Below, one piece after another: positions 1-12,599 of a stretch of 64,000 bases of DNA. The stretch spans positions 129,642,001 to 129,706,000 of the forward strand of contig NC_043001.1 in NCBI RefSeq assembly GCF_006345805.1. Reading direction: 5' to 3'. Under the pieces are notes generated by a model. The model ran no database searches. It saw only the letters and a list, made by a program, of their open reading frames with translations, and had not been told where the DNA came from. Position 1 is the first letter of the stretch. Each line of letters opens with the position of its first letter. Origin of the DNA: Octopus sinensis. Its lineage: Eukaryota. A program made the position numbers and the translations under genes.

Positions 1-437
1 ATATATATATATATATATATATATGTTTTTGTCCAACCCATGCTAGCACGGAAACAGACATTAAACGATGATGATGATGATGATATATATATATATATGT
101 ATATATATATTATGCATATGCATGTATATGTTTGTGCATGTGCATACGATCTAGTGGTTAGTGTGTTTCACTAGTGACAATGAGATTGTGGTTTCAAATT
201 CTGGATCAGGTGGTGCATTGCCTTCTTGAGCAAAGCACTTCCTTCATCTCATGTCGCTCTGCAATCACTTCAACACCTGATGAATGGTACACTGTGCACC
301 TGTTCAGACAAACGTTGATTTGATGGAGTGAGTGAGGTAAAGTGCAGCACAAGCATTCGATCACTATAAACAGATCATTTGTGCAGGTTGTTCAGCAAGA
401 AATTGCACATCTTTTTCAGACTAAGAGAGAGGCTACC

Positions 438-489
<52 letters not shown>

Positions 490-523
490 AATACAAACAC
501 ACACTAACATATATATATACATA

Positions 524-754
524 GGCGACGAGCTGGCAGAAATGTTAGCACGCCGGGCGAAATGCGTAGCCGTATTTCATCTGCCGTTACGTTCTGAGTT
601 CAAATTCCGCCAAGGTCAACTTTGCCTTTCATCCTTTCGGGGTCGATAAATAAAGTACCAGTTACGCACTGGGGTCGATGTAATCGACTTAATCCCTTTG
701 TCTGTCCTTGTTTGTCCCCGCTATGTTTAGCCCCTTGTGGGCAGTAAAGAAATA
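524..754 (+). mobile_element. tRNA-derived SINE, family B
   Basis: Pol III-like head (AGCTGGCAGAAATG...GAGTTCAAATTCC), body GGGGTCGATAAATAAAGTACCAG, tail ...GTGGGCAGTAAAGAAATA; near-identical copies at 18661, 29965, 46578, 48466 and 51207. Confidence 0.85.
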
Positions 755-769
755 TATATATACGTAGAG

Positions 770-801
<32 letters not shown>

Positions 802-802
802 T

Positions 803-1135
803 GAAGACCCTCTTTGGTCATGAATGAGCATGGAATTGCACCTACGAAGTTACCCCCTGAGGCACAAATCCGGTCAGGGTTGTTCATGGAAGACCTGCAG
901 TTGCCCATGCATACCAGCCTCCCTTCTTCATGCCACAGATGTTATCCAAGAGAAAGGCAAAGGCCAATACAGTTTGGCACCATTGCTGTTGCAACTCATT
1001 TCTACTGCTGAGTGAACTGGAGCAATGTGAAAAATAAAATGTCTTGCTCAAGAACACTACCCACAGCCCAGTCCAGGAATTGAGCTCACCACCTCATGAT
1101 TGTGAGCCAAACACTCTAACCACTGAGCCATGCAC
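803..1135 (-). mobile_element. tRNA-derived SINE, family E
   Basis: Reverse complement matches 4780-5110; head GGCTCAGTGGTTAGAG. Confidence 0.7.
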
Positions 1136-1750
1136 CTTACACACACAAAATGGTACATACACATAGGCAGATAAATACAGGCATACAGATGAGGATGCAC
1201 ACACATGTGTACATATTCACGCACCTTAGGTGATTGTGTACTCTTCCAGACCATCATGTTGGTGCCAATGCCTACCGAACGCAATAGCTTCAACTCAATT
1301 TTACTTTGATTCTAATTATTCTTCTTTTGAGAAACTCAAGTAATCAATCTCTATCAACCATGATAGAAAATGTAATGAAGATACTTGAAACAACTAAAAG
1401 AAGAAGAATATACTAGTTTTGGCTTTTCAATTGGTTTGCTGCTGTTGATCAGTATGAATATTTGATGAAGAAACATTAGTCTTTGAATGTATCTCAGTTG
1501 GGAGAAAGCAAAAAAAAAATTTTTTTTGCTTTTTACAAAAACAAAAAACAAAAAAAAAACTGAATTTAATACAAGTTAAAAACTTCCTACCATCAATCAC
1601 TAACAATCAGAGGGACAAAAAAACAAATTAAGAGAGTAGTAGTATAAACGGATATTTTCATGAGAAACCGATACGATTCTTGAATTCCTTGGGCAATGAC
1701 AAACTATTCTTTTAGCTGAATAATAACAGTAATATTGAGATTTTCATTAG

Positions 1751-1793
1751 ATCATTCCAGCCTTGAGATCAGAGATCATTACAATAATCATCT
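1751..1793 (+). CDS. Candidate internal exon (DHSSLEIRDHYNNHL), unidentified protein
   Basis: Acceptor ttttcattag and donor gtatgt; open in phase 1 to 2; phase-compatible with 2640-2748. Confidence 0.35.
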
Positions 1794-2540
1794 GTATGTA
1801 TGATTTTCTATGCTGGTGTGGGTTTGATAAGTTTGGTGCACAGTATATTAACACTTGTTTGAATATGGTGTCATTTCATGTGTGTGACCAAATATTCTGA
1901 GATCATTAAAAAGAAAAAGGAAATGATGATAATGAAAGCAGCAGAAGAGAGACAGTGGGGTGATGCTAGTGATGTGATTATTTTCATGACACTGATGCTG
2001 CTGATGTTTATGCTTATGATGATGGAAAAAAGAAGTTAAAAAAAATGAAGAAAAAAAAAAGAATCAAGCAAAAATTTAAATCAATCAAATCAATATGCTG
2101 AGATGATTAAAATAATGAGTGAGAGACTAACAATATAGAAAAGTGATATTTATTTGGTAGCGGTAATTAAATAGAGGATTATAAGCACATTTTCACTTTG
2201 CTTAATAGGCATAAGCCAAGAGTAAAACAATTGGAAATATCAGGACCTATAGGAAAAAGAGGTGGGGGTGGGAGTGGAGACAGACAGAAGAGAGAGAGAG
2301 AGAAACCTGTAATGAAAATGAAAATGATTTCTTGACGAAGTATTTTAGATGGATGGCAATCAGATAAAGCAGCAATGAGGTAGAAAAAAAGAGGTACAAA
2401 AGAAGAAGAATCAAAATGAAATGAAGTAAAACAATAACAAAAACAAAGAGACACAGAGCAAAAGAAAAGTTAAGGAGAATCTATATTGAAATATCATTGA
2501 GCATGTAGAGAAAGGAAAAAATGTAATAATAATAATAATG

Positions 2541-2575
<35 letters not shown>

Positions 2576-2639
2576 GAAAAAACCAATAATAACAATAATT
2601 ATTTAATTGTGTTTTATTTTATTATTATTCCCCTTTTAG

Positions 2640-2748
2640 TAATTTGTGTATGTTGAAAAACATAATGCAAATTAAAGACCAATATGTGATTGACCATAAG
2701 TTCTACACCTGGTTGAATGGACTTGATGAAGAAGTAAAATATCTTTAA
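2640..2748 (+). CDS. Candidate terminal exon (NLCMLKNIMQIKDQYVIDHKFYTWLNGLDEEVKYL*), unidentified protein
   Basis: Long pyrimidine tract ending ccccttttag; 35 open codons to TAA; phase 2 matches the upstream candidate. Confidence 0.35.
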
Positions 2749-3047
2749 AGACAACGGCAACCAGAAAAATTAGGATATTAATTACCGTGATCTTAAATAT
2801 GAATTCTCTGACATTTTTAGAAAATTGAATGTCTTGTTCTATCCTTTGTTGTTGAAATAATTTTTATTTCGTTTTTCTTTTTCTTTTCTTCTTTATTCTT
2901 TTTGCCTTTTAATTACTATAATGATATTTACAAGCTTCTTATAATCATCGTTTCTTAGTTGTATGCACTTTGTACTTTAACTTTTGTATGACAAAAAGCA
3001 AATTAGCTTGAAAGTACTAAGACTGGGCAGAAAGATAGTGATTGAGA

Positions 3048-3835
3048 GTTTTGGGGGTCTTTCCTGATTAAAGAAATCTTAGAGATTTCAGGTCATTTCC
3101 TCAAAATGAAGTTACAGGTTTCCACCTGGCATGAAATGAAAGTCAACCTGAGCAGAATTTGAAGTCAGAATGAAAAGATGGACAAAATGTTTATAAGCAT
3201 TTCGTCTATCATGCTGATTATTCTGCTAGCTTGCCACCTTACAGATCTCTAAAATAATACTAGTATTTTCTTTCATTTCATGCCAGGTGGAAACCTGTAA
3301 CTTCATTTTGGGGAAATGACCTGTAAGATTTCTTTAATCAGGAAAGACCCCAAAACTCTCAATCAGTATTGAGAAAATTGCCAGTGTTTCATGGTTGATA
3401 AAATAAGTACCAGTTAAGCACTGGGGTCAATGTAATCAATTTATCCCTCACCTGAACTTGCTGGCCTTGTGCCAAAATTTGAAACCATTGTATTGGATAA
3501 TTGAAAGAAATCTTAGAGATTTCAGGTCATTTCCCCAAAATGAAGTTACAGGTTTCCACCTGGCATGAAATCAAAGAAAATACTAGTATTATTTTAGAGA
3601 TCTGTAAGGTGGCAAGCTAGCAGATTAATAAGCATGCCAGACAAAATGCTTCTCAACATTTTGTCCATCTTTTCATTCTGACTTCAAATTCTGCTCAGGT
3701 TGACTTTGCCTTTCATTCTTTCATGGTTGATAAAATAAGTACCAGTTAGGCACTGGGGTCAATGTAATCAATTTATCCTTCACCTGAACTTGATGGCCTT
3801 GTGCCAAAATTTGAAACCATTGTTTTGGATATTTG
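3048..3835. repeat. Complex nested inverted and direct local duplication around a degenerate SINE
   Basis: 3048-3137 inverted at 3270-3364; 3505-3706 is the reverse complement of 3135-3330; 3395-3500 repeated directly at 3718-3835. Confidence 0.8.
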
Positions 3836-4385
3836 TACATACTTATATGTCTAATTATAAACAATTATGAATACGGTCAAAAGAAAAAAATTCTATACCA
3901 ATATGCTGAGAAACTGACTTTAAATTGACAATTAGCACCAGGACTGGTGACCACGTGTGTTGAGTCTTGCTATAGAATTTATATTTAAATATTTAGATAT
4001 AGTCATGTGTACTCATGATTTTGCTTCTGCTTTTTTCCATCTGCTGATGAGTGGAAAAATCTGTGTGATCAATCCCCAAACCGATCAATACAGAAACAAT
4101 GCATTAAAAAAAAATTCTGTTAGCTTGCTTTCCTCAATTCAACAAAATATGTATTTATAGTGATGTATAGTGATGTATGTGGTGACTGATGACTTAAAGT
4201 CTATTTCTCAGCAAATTGGCATAGAACTGTTTTTCTTTTGCCCTTATTTATAATTGTCTACAATTTTCACCTTAAAAGGTATTTTAATATGCTGGCCACT
4301 TGATGAAATTTTTTGAAAAAATTTTATACTGTATTAGAGGTAAATATTTATATGTCTATGTACTCATACACAGTGAGGCACAATA

Positions 4386-4766
4386 GGAGGTGCAATGGCC
4401 CAGTGGTTAGGGCAGCGGACTTGCGGTCGTAGGATCGTGGTTTCGATTCCCAGACTGGGCGTTGTGAGTGTTTATTGAGCGAAAACACCTAAAGCTCCAT
4501 TAGGCTCCGGCAGGGGATGGTGGTGATCCCTGCTGTACTCTTTCACCACAACTTTCTCTCACTCTTACTTCCTGTATCTGTTGTACCTGTATTTCAAAGG
4601 GCCAGCCTTGTCACTTTCTGTGTCACGCTGAATATCCCCGAGAACTACGTTAAGGGTATACGTGTATGTGGAGTGCTCAGCCACTTACACGTTAATTTCA
4701 CGAGCAGGCTGTTCCATTGATCGGATCAACCGGAACCCTCGTCGTCGTAGCCGACGGAGTGCTTCC
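4386..4766 (+). mobile_element. tRNA-derived SINE, family C (young)
   Basis: A box TGGCCCAGTGG and B box GTTTCGATTCC; very similar to 25447-25830 and 50018-50400. Confidence 0.9.
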
Positions 4767-4779
4767 ATCCACACAGTGA

Positions 4780-5110
4780 AGGCATGTGGCTCAGTGGTTA
4801 GAGCATTGAGCTCGCAATCATGAAGTAGTGAGTTTAATTCTGGGACTGAGCTGTTGTATTCTTCAGCAAGATACTTTATTTAACATTGCTCCAGTTCACT
4901 CAGCTGTAGAAATGAGTTGCAACGTCGCTGGTGCCAAGCTGTATCAGATCTTGCTTTACCTTTGGATAACATCGGGGCTATGGAAAAGTGAGGCTGGTAT
5001 GTATGGGTGACTGCTGGTCTTCCATAAACAACCTTGCCGAGACTTGTACCTCAGAGGGTAACTTTGTAGGTGCAACCCCATGGTCATTCATGACCAAAGA
5101 GGGTCTTTAC
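4780..5110 (+). mobile_element. tRNA-derived SINE, family E
   Basis: Head GTGGCTCAGTGGTTAGAGC; matches the reverse complement of 803-1135. Confidence 0.7.
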
Positions 5111-5754
5111 AAACATGAAACATAGAGAAAAACTGGAGATTGTTGTTGAATATTGCATTAAAAATTATGAATTTAGGAATCTTGACTTCTACCTTTTATC
5201 TTTTACTTGTTTCAGTCATTGGAATGTGGATATGCTAAGGCACTGCCATGAAAGGCTTTTTAGCCTAGCAGATTCATCCTAGTAGTTCGTTTTTATATTT
5301 TTTTAAAGTTTGGTACTTATTCTATTGAGATCTTTTGCTGAACTACTAAGTTATGAGGACATAAGCAAGCCATTTTCAGTTGCCAAACAGTGGAAGGATG
5401 AACAGACACACACACGTACACACACACACACGTACACACACACACACGTACACACACACATAATAGGGTTGCGCACAGTTTCCATCTACCAAATACATTC
5501 ACAAGGCATTGATTGGCTCAGGGTTATAGTAGAAGACACTGGCCAAAAGTGTTGCACAGTGGGACTGAAAGCCAAATCACATGGTTGCAAAACAAGCTTG
5601 TTAATCACGTACCCATGTCTTTGCTTCACACAGACATACATGCTATATATATAATTTTTTGTTTGCTTCAGTATTTTTTTGCTTCATGTATTGAAGCATT
5701 TATGTCTAAATTAAAATCTTAATTAGGAATGTCATTATAATGCTAATACTCTTT

Positions 5755-6140
5755 TTACTCTTTTACTTGTTTCAGTCATTTGACTGTGGCCATGCTGGAT
5801 TACCACCATTAGTTGAACAAATCGACCCCAGGACTTATTCTTTGTAAGCCTAGTACTTATTCTATTGATCTCTTTTGCCAAACTGCTAAATTATGGGGGT
5901 GTAAACATGCCAACATCGGTTGTCAAGTGATGGTGGGGGGAAAAACACAGACACACACACACAAACACATATACATATTTATACGATGGGCTTCTTTCAG
6001 TTTCTGTCTACCAAATCTACTCACAAGGCCCGAGGCTACAGTAGAAGATACTTGCCCATGGTGCCACACAGTGTGACTGAACTCAGAACTATGTGGTTGG
6101 TAAGCAAGTTACTTACCACACAGTCACTCCTGCACCTATA
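5755..6140 (-). mobile_element. tRNA-derived SINE, family A
   Basis: Head GCAGGAGTGACTGTGTGGTAAG, core GGCAAGTATCTTCTAC, tail CCAGCATGGCCACAGTCAAATGACTGAAACAAGTAAAAGAG. Confidence 0.85.
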
Positions 6141-6172
6141 GCCACTGTCATGTGTGCATATGTGGGCGAAAG

Positions 6173-6227
<55 letters not shown>

Positions 6228-6462
6228 GGAGAAATGCTTAGAAGGGTGATATGGTATGAACTGAAGACAGAAAGTAGCAACAGCTTGCATCAGAGTTAGA
6301 TGACCCTTTCAGCACAAGAGTTAAAAGATGACACTTTAAATTCAAGATTTGACCTCTGCTGTGACATCTGTTAATGGACAGAAATACTGGTCTGAATTAA
6401 CAAGACAGAGATCAAGTGATTGCCACATATGCATATGAGCGAGAAAAAGTGAAACAGTGAAA

Positions 6463-6497
<35 letters not shown>

Positions 6498-6862
6498 AAT
6501 AATAATGACAATAATAATAATAATAATAATATAATAATAATAATAATGATAATAATAATAATAATGATAATAATAATAATAATCCTCTCTACTAAAGGCA
6601 TAAGACCTGAAATTTGATGGGAGGAGACTAGTCAATTACATCAACCCCAGTGTTTCACTGGTACTTAATTTATTGACCTCCCACCCACCACCCAGAAGGA
6701 TGAAAGGCAATGTCAACTTTAGTGGAATTTGAACTATGCATTTTTGCATGGTGTGCTAAAGATTCTGCCAGCTCGTAGTCTTAATGATAATAATGACATG
6801 AATAATCTGGTGTCTTTATTTTAATGGCCTACCAATGTAAACAGTGTGTTTCTTTGCCCTAG

Positions 6863-6912
6863 GTGTCGGGAAGGCACTCAGCAAGAAATGGAAATAGAAT
6901 TGAAAGAAGAGG

Positions 6913-6943
<31 letters not shown>

Positions 6944-6968
6944 TAATAATAATAGCAAAAGGGGTTGA
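6863..6968 (+). CDS. Weak candidate terminal exon (CREGTQQEMEIELKEEDN9DN3SKRG* in phase 2)
   Basis: Acceptor gtgtttctttgccctag followed by purine-rich open sequence; the frame cannot be fixed. Confidence 0.2.
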
Positions 6969-7273
6969 TCGCTACCTAACTCAGATACCAGGAAACCCCT
7001 AAATGGCAGAAATTCAAAAGATAGTGCTCATGGGAACTGCTCATATCCTATGCAAAATACTTTCTATGTAATCTCAAGTTTTAAAACAAACATAATTTTC
7101 GTTTTTTTTGGGGTTTTTTTTTTTGACATTCACTAGTACAACACTAAATACAAAACCAAATATATGGCACACTAGGCATAACAACATCACGAACCTCCAA
7201 CCTGTTGTCTCTTGAGGTCTCTGGGTGAGAGTTGAAGCCAGCTTGTGCAAATGTAAAGCAAAAGTCAAACATA

Positions 7274-7308
<35 letters not shown>

Positions 7309-7438
7309 GGCATTTCTTGGAACTGCATGCATATTGCATAAAGTACTGTCAGTCTCAGGTCCTTGATGTGTCTTGACAAACAGTACAAACCCCCCATAGT
7401 CACAATACCTTCAATTAATAACCTCATGATATTGTATA

Positions 7439-7747
7439 CTAAGCATTTATCCATTTACACACACACACTAACTTTCGCCCACATATGCACACATGACAGT
7501 GGCTATAGGTGCAGGAGTGACTGTGTGGTAAGTAACTTGCTTACCAACCACATAGTTCTGGGTTCAGTCACACTGTGTGGCACCATGGGCAAGTATCTTC
7601 TACTGTAGCCTCGGGCCTTGTGAGTGGATTTAGTAGACAGAAACTGAAAGAAGCCCATCGTGAGTGAGTGAATGTGTGTGTGTGTGTCTGTGTTTGTCCT
7701 CCCACTATCACTTGACAACCGATGTTGGCATGTTTACACCCCCATAA
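7439..7747 (+). repeat. Inverted duplicate of 5891-6243 (SINE A 5' part plus unique flank)
   Basis: Shares the non-SINE flank CTAACTTTCGCCCACATATGCACACATGACAGTGGCTA and private SINE variants. Confidence 0.85.
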
Positions 7748-8482
7748 TAATAATAACAATAATAATAATAATGAAGATAATAATCAGGAAAGTATCAGAT
7801 AGTTGAAAAGAACAGACAACATGGTATCATAGGCTGCAGGCAGCAAGCCCGCTATACACAACTCCAGGGGTTCCAACAAAACCTGTGATAAAAAGAAATA
7901 ATGGAGAAGCAACCACTGACACTTGACAACCATTTTGATTTGTTTACATCTCCTTAGCTTAGTGGTTTGGCAAAAGATCCCGATAGAAAATATATGCATG
8001 GCTGTGTGGTAAGAAGCTTGCTTCCCAGCCATGTAGTTCTAGGTTCAGTCTCACTGCATGGCACCTTGGCCAAGTGTCTTTTATTATAGCCTAGGGCCAA
8101 CCAAAGCCTTGGGAGTAGATTTATTAGGCGGAAACTGAAAGAAGCCTGTCGTATATATATATATGTGTGTGTGTGTATTCGTGTCTGTGTTTGTCACTCC
8201 CCACCACTTCACAACTGGTGTTAGTGTGTTTATGTTCCCATAACTTAGTGATTCAGTAAGAGAGACTTATAGAATAAGTACCAAGCTTAAAACACAAACA
8301 AAAGAGCTGGGGTCAATTCATTCAACTAATAGTTCTTCTAGGTGCTACCCCCAGCATGGCTGCAGTCTAATGACTGAAACAAGTAAAAAGTAATAACACT
8401 TAAAAACAAAAATAAACACTTTATTTACATTTTTTACATTATTTACATTCGATGGATATTTGTCCTCATCTTGTTTGTTGTT

Positions 8483-8528
8483 AACACAACATTTCGGCTG
8501 ATATACCCTCCAGCCTTCTTCAGGTGTC
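8483..8528 (-). ncRNA. Minimal (Penelope-type) type I hammerhead ribozyme motif
   Basis: GACAC-CTGAAGA-A-GGCTG[gagggtatat]CAGCC-GAAA-TGTT/GTGTT: core intact, 5 bp stem II, 5 bp stem I, minimal stem III. Confidence 0.7.
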
Positions 8529-8575
8529 TTGGGGAAATTTTGAACCAGGGTTCTCATTCCTAAGGTATTTTTAGA

Positions 8576-8623
<48 letters not shown>

Positions 8624-8629
8624 CTCTCT

Positions 8630-9025
8630 TTTTTCTCTTTTATTTGTTTCAGACTACGGCCATGCTGGAGCACCGCCTTTAGTCGAGCAACTCGACCCCG
8701 GGACTTATTCTTTTGTAAGCCCAGTACTTATTCTATCGGTCTCTTTTGCCGAACTGCTAAGTGACGGGGATGTAAACACACCAGCATCGGTTGTCAAGCA
8801 ATGCTAGTGGGACAAACACAGACACACAAACACATACACACACATACATATATATATATATATACATATATACGACAGGCTTCTTTCAGTTTCCGTCTAC
8901 CAAATCCACTCACAAGGCATTGGTCGGCCCGGGGCTATAGCAGAAGACACTTGCCCAAGATGCCACGCAGTGGGACTGAACCCGGAACCATGCGGTTGGT
9001 TAGCAAGCTACTTACCACGCAACCA
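8630..9025 (-). mobile_element. tRNA-derived SINE, family A
   Basis: Full head-to-tail match to other family A copies. Confidence 0.85.
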
Positions 9026-10188
9026 CTCTATCATCATTATTATTATTAATATTATTGTTCAGGTCACTGCTTGGAATTGAACTCGGAATCTTGGGGTTGG
9101 TAGTCCGTGCTCTTAGCCACTATGCCAAAATGTTGTGTTAACAACAAACAGAATGAGGACAAATATCTGTCGAATGTAAATAATGTATAGAATGTACATA
9201 ATTCCTCATCTCTTAAATATAGAACTGAAAAATAAGCACTGTTGATTTGTCTGACTAAACCCTTCAAGGCAGTGCCCCAGCATGGCCACAGTCCAGTGAC
9301 TAATACAAGTAAAAGGTAAAAATTAAAAAAACATAAGAGCTAAAAATTCATAGAAGCTATCTCAAGTCATGTAAGTTAAAAGAGAGTGGTCAAGGTCCAC
9401 TGTGTTGAAGAAGTGGGGAGTAACATGGCTACGGGTAGTCAGTGATGGAGATGGTGGTAGTTTTAGGTGGTAGTTTCATTGACAGCTTTAATAATTAATT
9501 ATAACTAAAGGTGATGGTAGTGGTGGAATGGTGGTGGTGGTGGTGGTGGTGGTGGCTGTGGTGGGGGTGGTGCAGTGTGATGTTATTGATAACAAATGTG
9601 TTGATACTTCTAAGAAATCATTATGTCACTGAAGTGATATTTTTGGTGATAGTGATAATACTAATGATGATGATGATGATGATGATGGTAGCGGTAGGTG
9701 ATTGTTCTGTGCTGGTAAGAGGAGATGCTGTTGTTACTGATGATGGTGATGATGATGATGATGATGATTACGATAATGATTAAGATGACTACTGAAGTAG
9801 TACATGGCTAGAAATGATAGCCACACAAGTAGAGATATTGATATTGGTAATAGTTGTAGTAGCAGTTGTGTAATATTATATTTCTTTTTTTCTTTTCTTT
9901 TTGTTTTTTTTTTTTAGTTTCGAAACAAAGGGTGATGGTGGTGGTGGTGATGGCGGTATTGAGGGTGGAGGGGTTGGAAGAAGTAATTTTAACATGTAGA
10001 AAGCATTCAAAGTGGCAGAGGTTGTATGAGAAGAAATGGGCGGGTGGGTGTGAATATAGTTGGCTAGTAGTAGCTTCAATGGTAATCTTTTAAAATTTTT
10101 TTTCTCTTTAAGTGAAAAGAATAGGAAGAAATATCAAATTGTGTGTGGGAAGTGCACAAGAGGGAGAAAAAATAAAAATAAAAGATAA

Positions 10189-10223
<35 letters not shown>

Positions 10224-10899
10224 TAATAATAACAATAATAACAATAACAATAATAATAACAATAATAATAATAATAACAATAATAATAATAATAACAATA
10301 ATAATAATAATAACAATAATAATAATAATAATCAAAACTTGAAGGAAATGATTGTATCAAGGTGAAATATTAAAATTATCACAGGAGGACAGCATCTTTG
10401 TTTTCCAATTTGATTTCATTGTTGTTTATAGTGTTATTCCATATGTTTATTTAATTTTTTTTTTTTTTCTCTTTGGGAAATGAAAAAAAAAAAAAATCTC
10501 ATTTCTTTTTTGTTTTCCTTCTGACAATAACACCATCTCCATATCCACTAGTTCCAATTTATTCTTCTTCGCTGGAAATTGTTACTCTTAACAGTGATTG
10601 TTAACATAAAATATTGTCTTACAATACTGTCAATAACTCTATAGAATATTTTCTCAATGTATTCCCACAGCCACTTGATGGCATGGGAGAGAATTCATTG
10701 AATGTTCAATGGTGACATACAGTCAAGAACATAAACTTTGATTGAGTTCTACACCAAAATTTCCAACTTTTATTATCTTACAGATACTTAGAGCTTTTTT
10801 TATTTATTTATTTTAAAAGTCATAAAATTGTTGTTCTTTTAGCTCTAAACCAGCCCTTCATAAACACACCTTTGATCAAAAGCATTCTTGTTATGACCA

Positions 10900-10997
10900 T
10901 TTTTTTTTTTGGTTTTCATCATCATCATCATCATCATCATCGTTTAACGTCCGTTAAACGATGATGATGATGATGAAAACCAAAAAAAAAAAAAAAA
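10900..10997. repeat. Fold-back palindrome built from a retroposon (GAT)n tail
   Basis: T11-GGTTTT(CAT)n-CGTTTAACG-TC-CGTTAAACG-(ATG)n-AAAACC-A-run. Confidence 0.85.
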
Positions 10998-11214
10998 CTG
11001 CATTTATTACAGTGGTGGATTGGTAGAGTCATTAGAATATTGAACACAATGTTAGGTGGTATTTGGTTCTGATTCACTGTGTTCGGGGTTCAAGTCCAGC
11101 TGATGAAAACTTTGCCTTTTATCCTTCTAGGGACAATAGAATGATGTATCAATTGAGGTCTGTGAAATGGCTAAACTGTTAGAAAGTTAGGCAAGATGCC
11201 GTGTGGTATCCAAT

Positions 11215-11440
11215 CAAGTTTTTTTGTTTTCTTTCTGATGAGCAAAACCAGTGACAACTTCAGTACTAAGCTGCATTGGCCCCAGTCTGTGGCTTTTCTT
11301 TTGCTCAACAGTGGTGTCATTTAGAGGAGAGACAAGCATGTCTGGGAAACTGCTAACGTTTGTCAAAAAATTATTTGCCCAGGCCTGTACATACATATGA
11401 AGATGCAAGGTATATATTGATCAACAGAGGCCCAATATAC
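11215..11440 (-). repeat. Unclassified ancient repeat with a coding-like divergence pattern, copy 1
   Basis: Aligns with 12600-12850 and 54620-54840. Confidence 0.6.
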
Positions 11441-12599
11441 GTAGGACTGCATTAGCCGATGTGCCCCTTCTTCAAATAAATATTTAAAAGTCTATACTTA
11501 GACGGTTTTTTTTATATTCCATCTGCATATCTGCTAAAAAAAAAAAAAACTAACAAGAAGAGTTCCATGAGGTCATTAACCTGCTAGAAGTACTTGTCAC
11601 ATCTTAGTAAATCACAATGTAAAGATGTCTAAAATAAGAACAGGGTGGCTACAGCTGGTATTTTTTGGATCAATTTTAACTGATAGAGTACAATTAGTAT
11701 CTGTAAATTTTTTCGGGAGATGTGGTGATTTTCTGTACTTGATAAGTAAAATCATTGTTTTCCACACATACAGAAGCTTGTCTTTTCAGGTGCTGGCACC
11801 ACTTCAAGAGCACATGGGCTGGTGCTGTATTAAGACACCCATGCTGGTGCTGTATATATGCACTCATGTCGGTGGCACATATAAAGAACCCAATACACTC
11901 TGCTAAGTGGTTGGCATTAGGAAGGGCGTCCAGAGATAGAAACTGTGCTGTAACAGACATTTGGAGTCTTGATAGCACCGTGCTAGCCAGCTCCATATCA
12001 AACCATCCAATCCATGCCAGTATGGAAAGCAGATGTTAAACGATGATGTTAAGTAGAAGTATTCCCCAAAGAGAGAATTCAGAAAATGATTAACTATTAG
12101 GTAATTATTATATAATCCAATAGTAGTTTAAAGTCTATTAATTAAAACCATTGTATACTGGTTTCAAATTTTGACACAAGGTCAGTGATTACACTGAACT
12201 ACAGAATTCAACTGGTACTCATTTTATCAACTCCAAGAGGATGAAAGGCAAAGTCAACCTCAGCAGAATTCGAACTCACAACATGAAGACAGAAGAAATT
12301 TCACTAAGCATTATGTCCAGTATGCTAATGATTCTGCCCCCTTGCTGCCTTAAAAGCTCTTTATACGGGCTTTCACGGCTATATGAGCTCTATAGTATCT
12401 AAAGTGAAGCCATATAAAAGTACAAGAATGTGGCAACCTGGCAGAGTCATTAAAGTGTTATATACAATGCCTTCCAATATTTGTTTTGATTCTCTGTAGT
12501 CTGAGTTCAAATCTTGCTGAGGCCTACTTTGGCTTTCATTCTTTTAGGGATCAATAAAAAAGAGTAACAATCCGAGGTGGTGCATTAACAGAGTAGTTG

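Noticed and set aside
4386-4460. tRNA gene (and similar heads at 25447, 50400 and 9045-9125)
   Set aside because: A and B boxes are present but the acceptor stem is not complete, and most heads continue into SINE bodies
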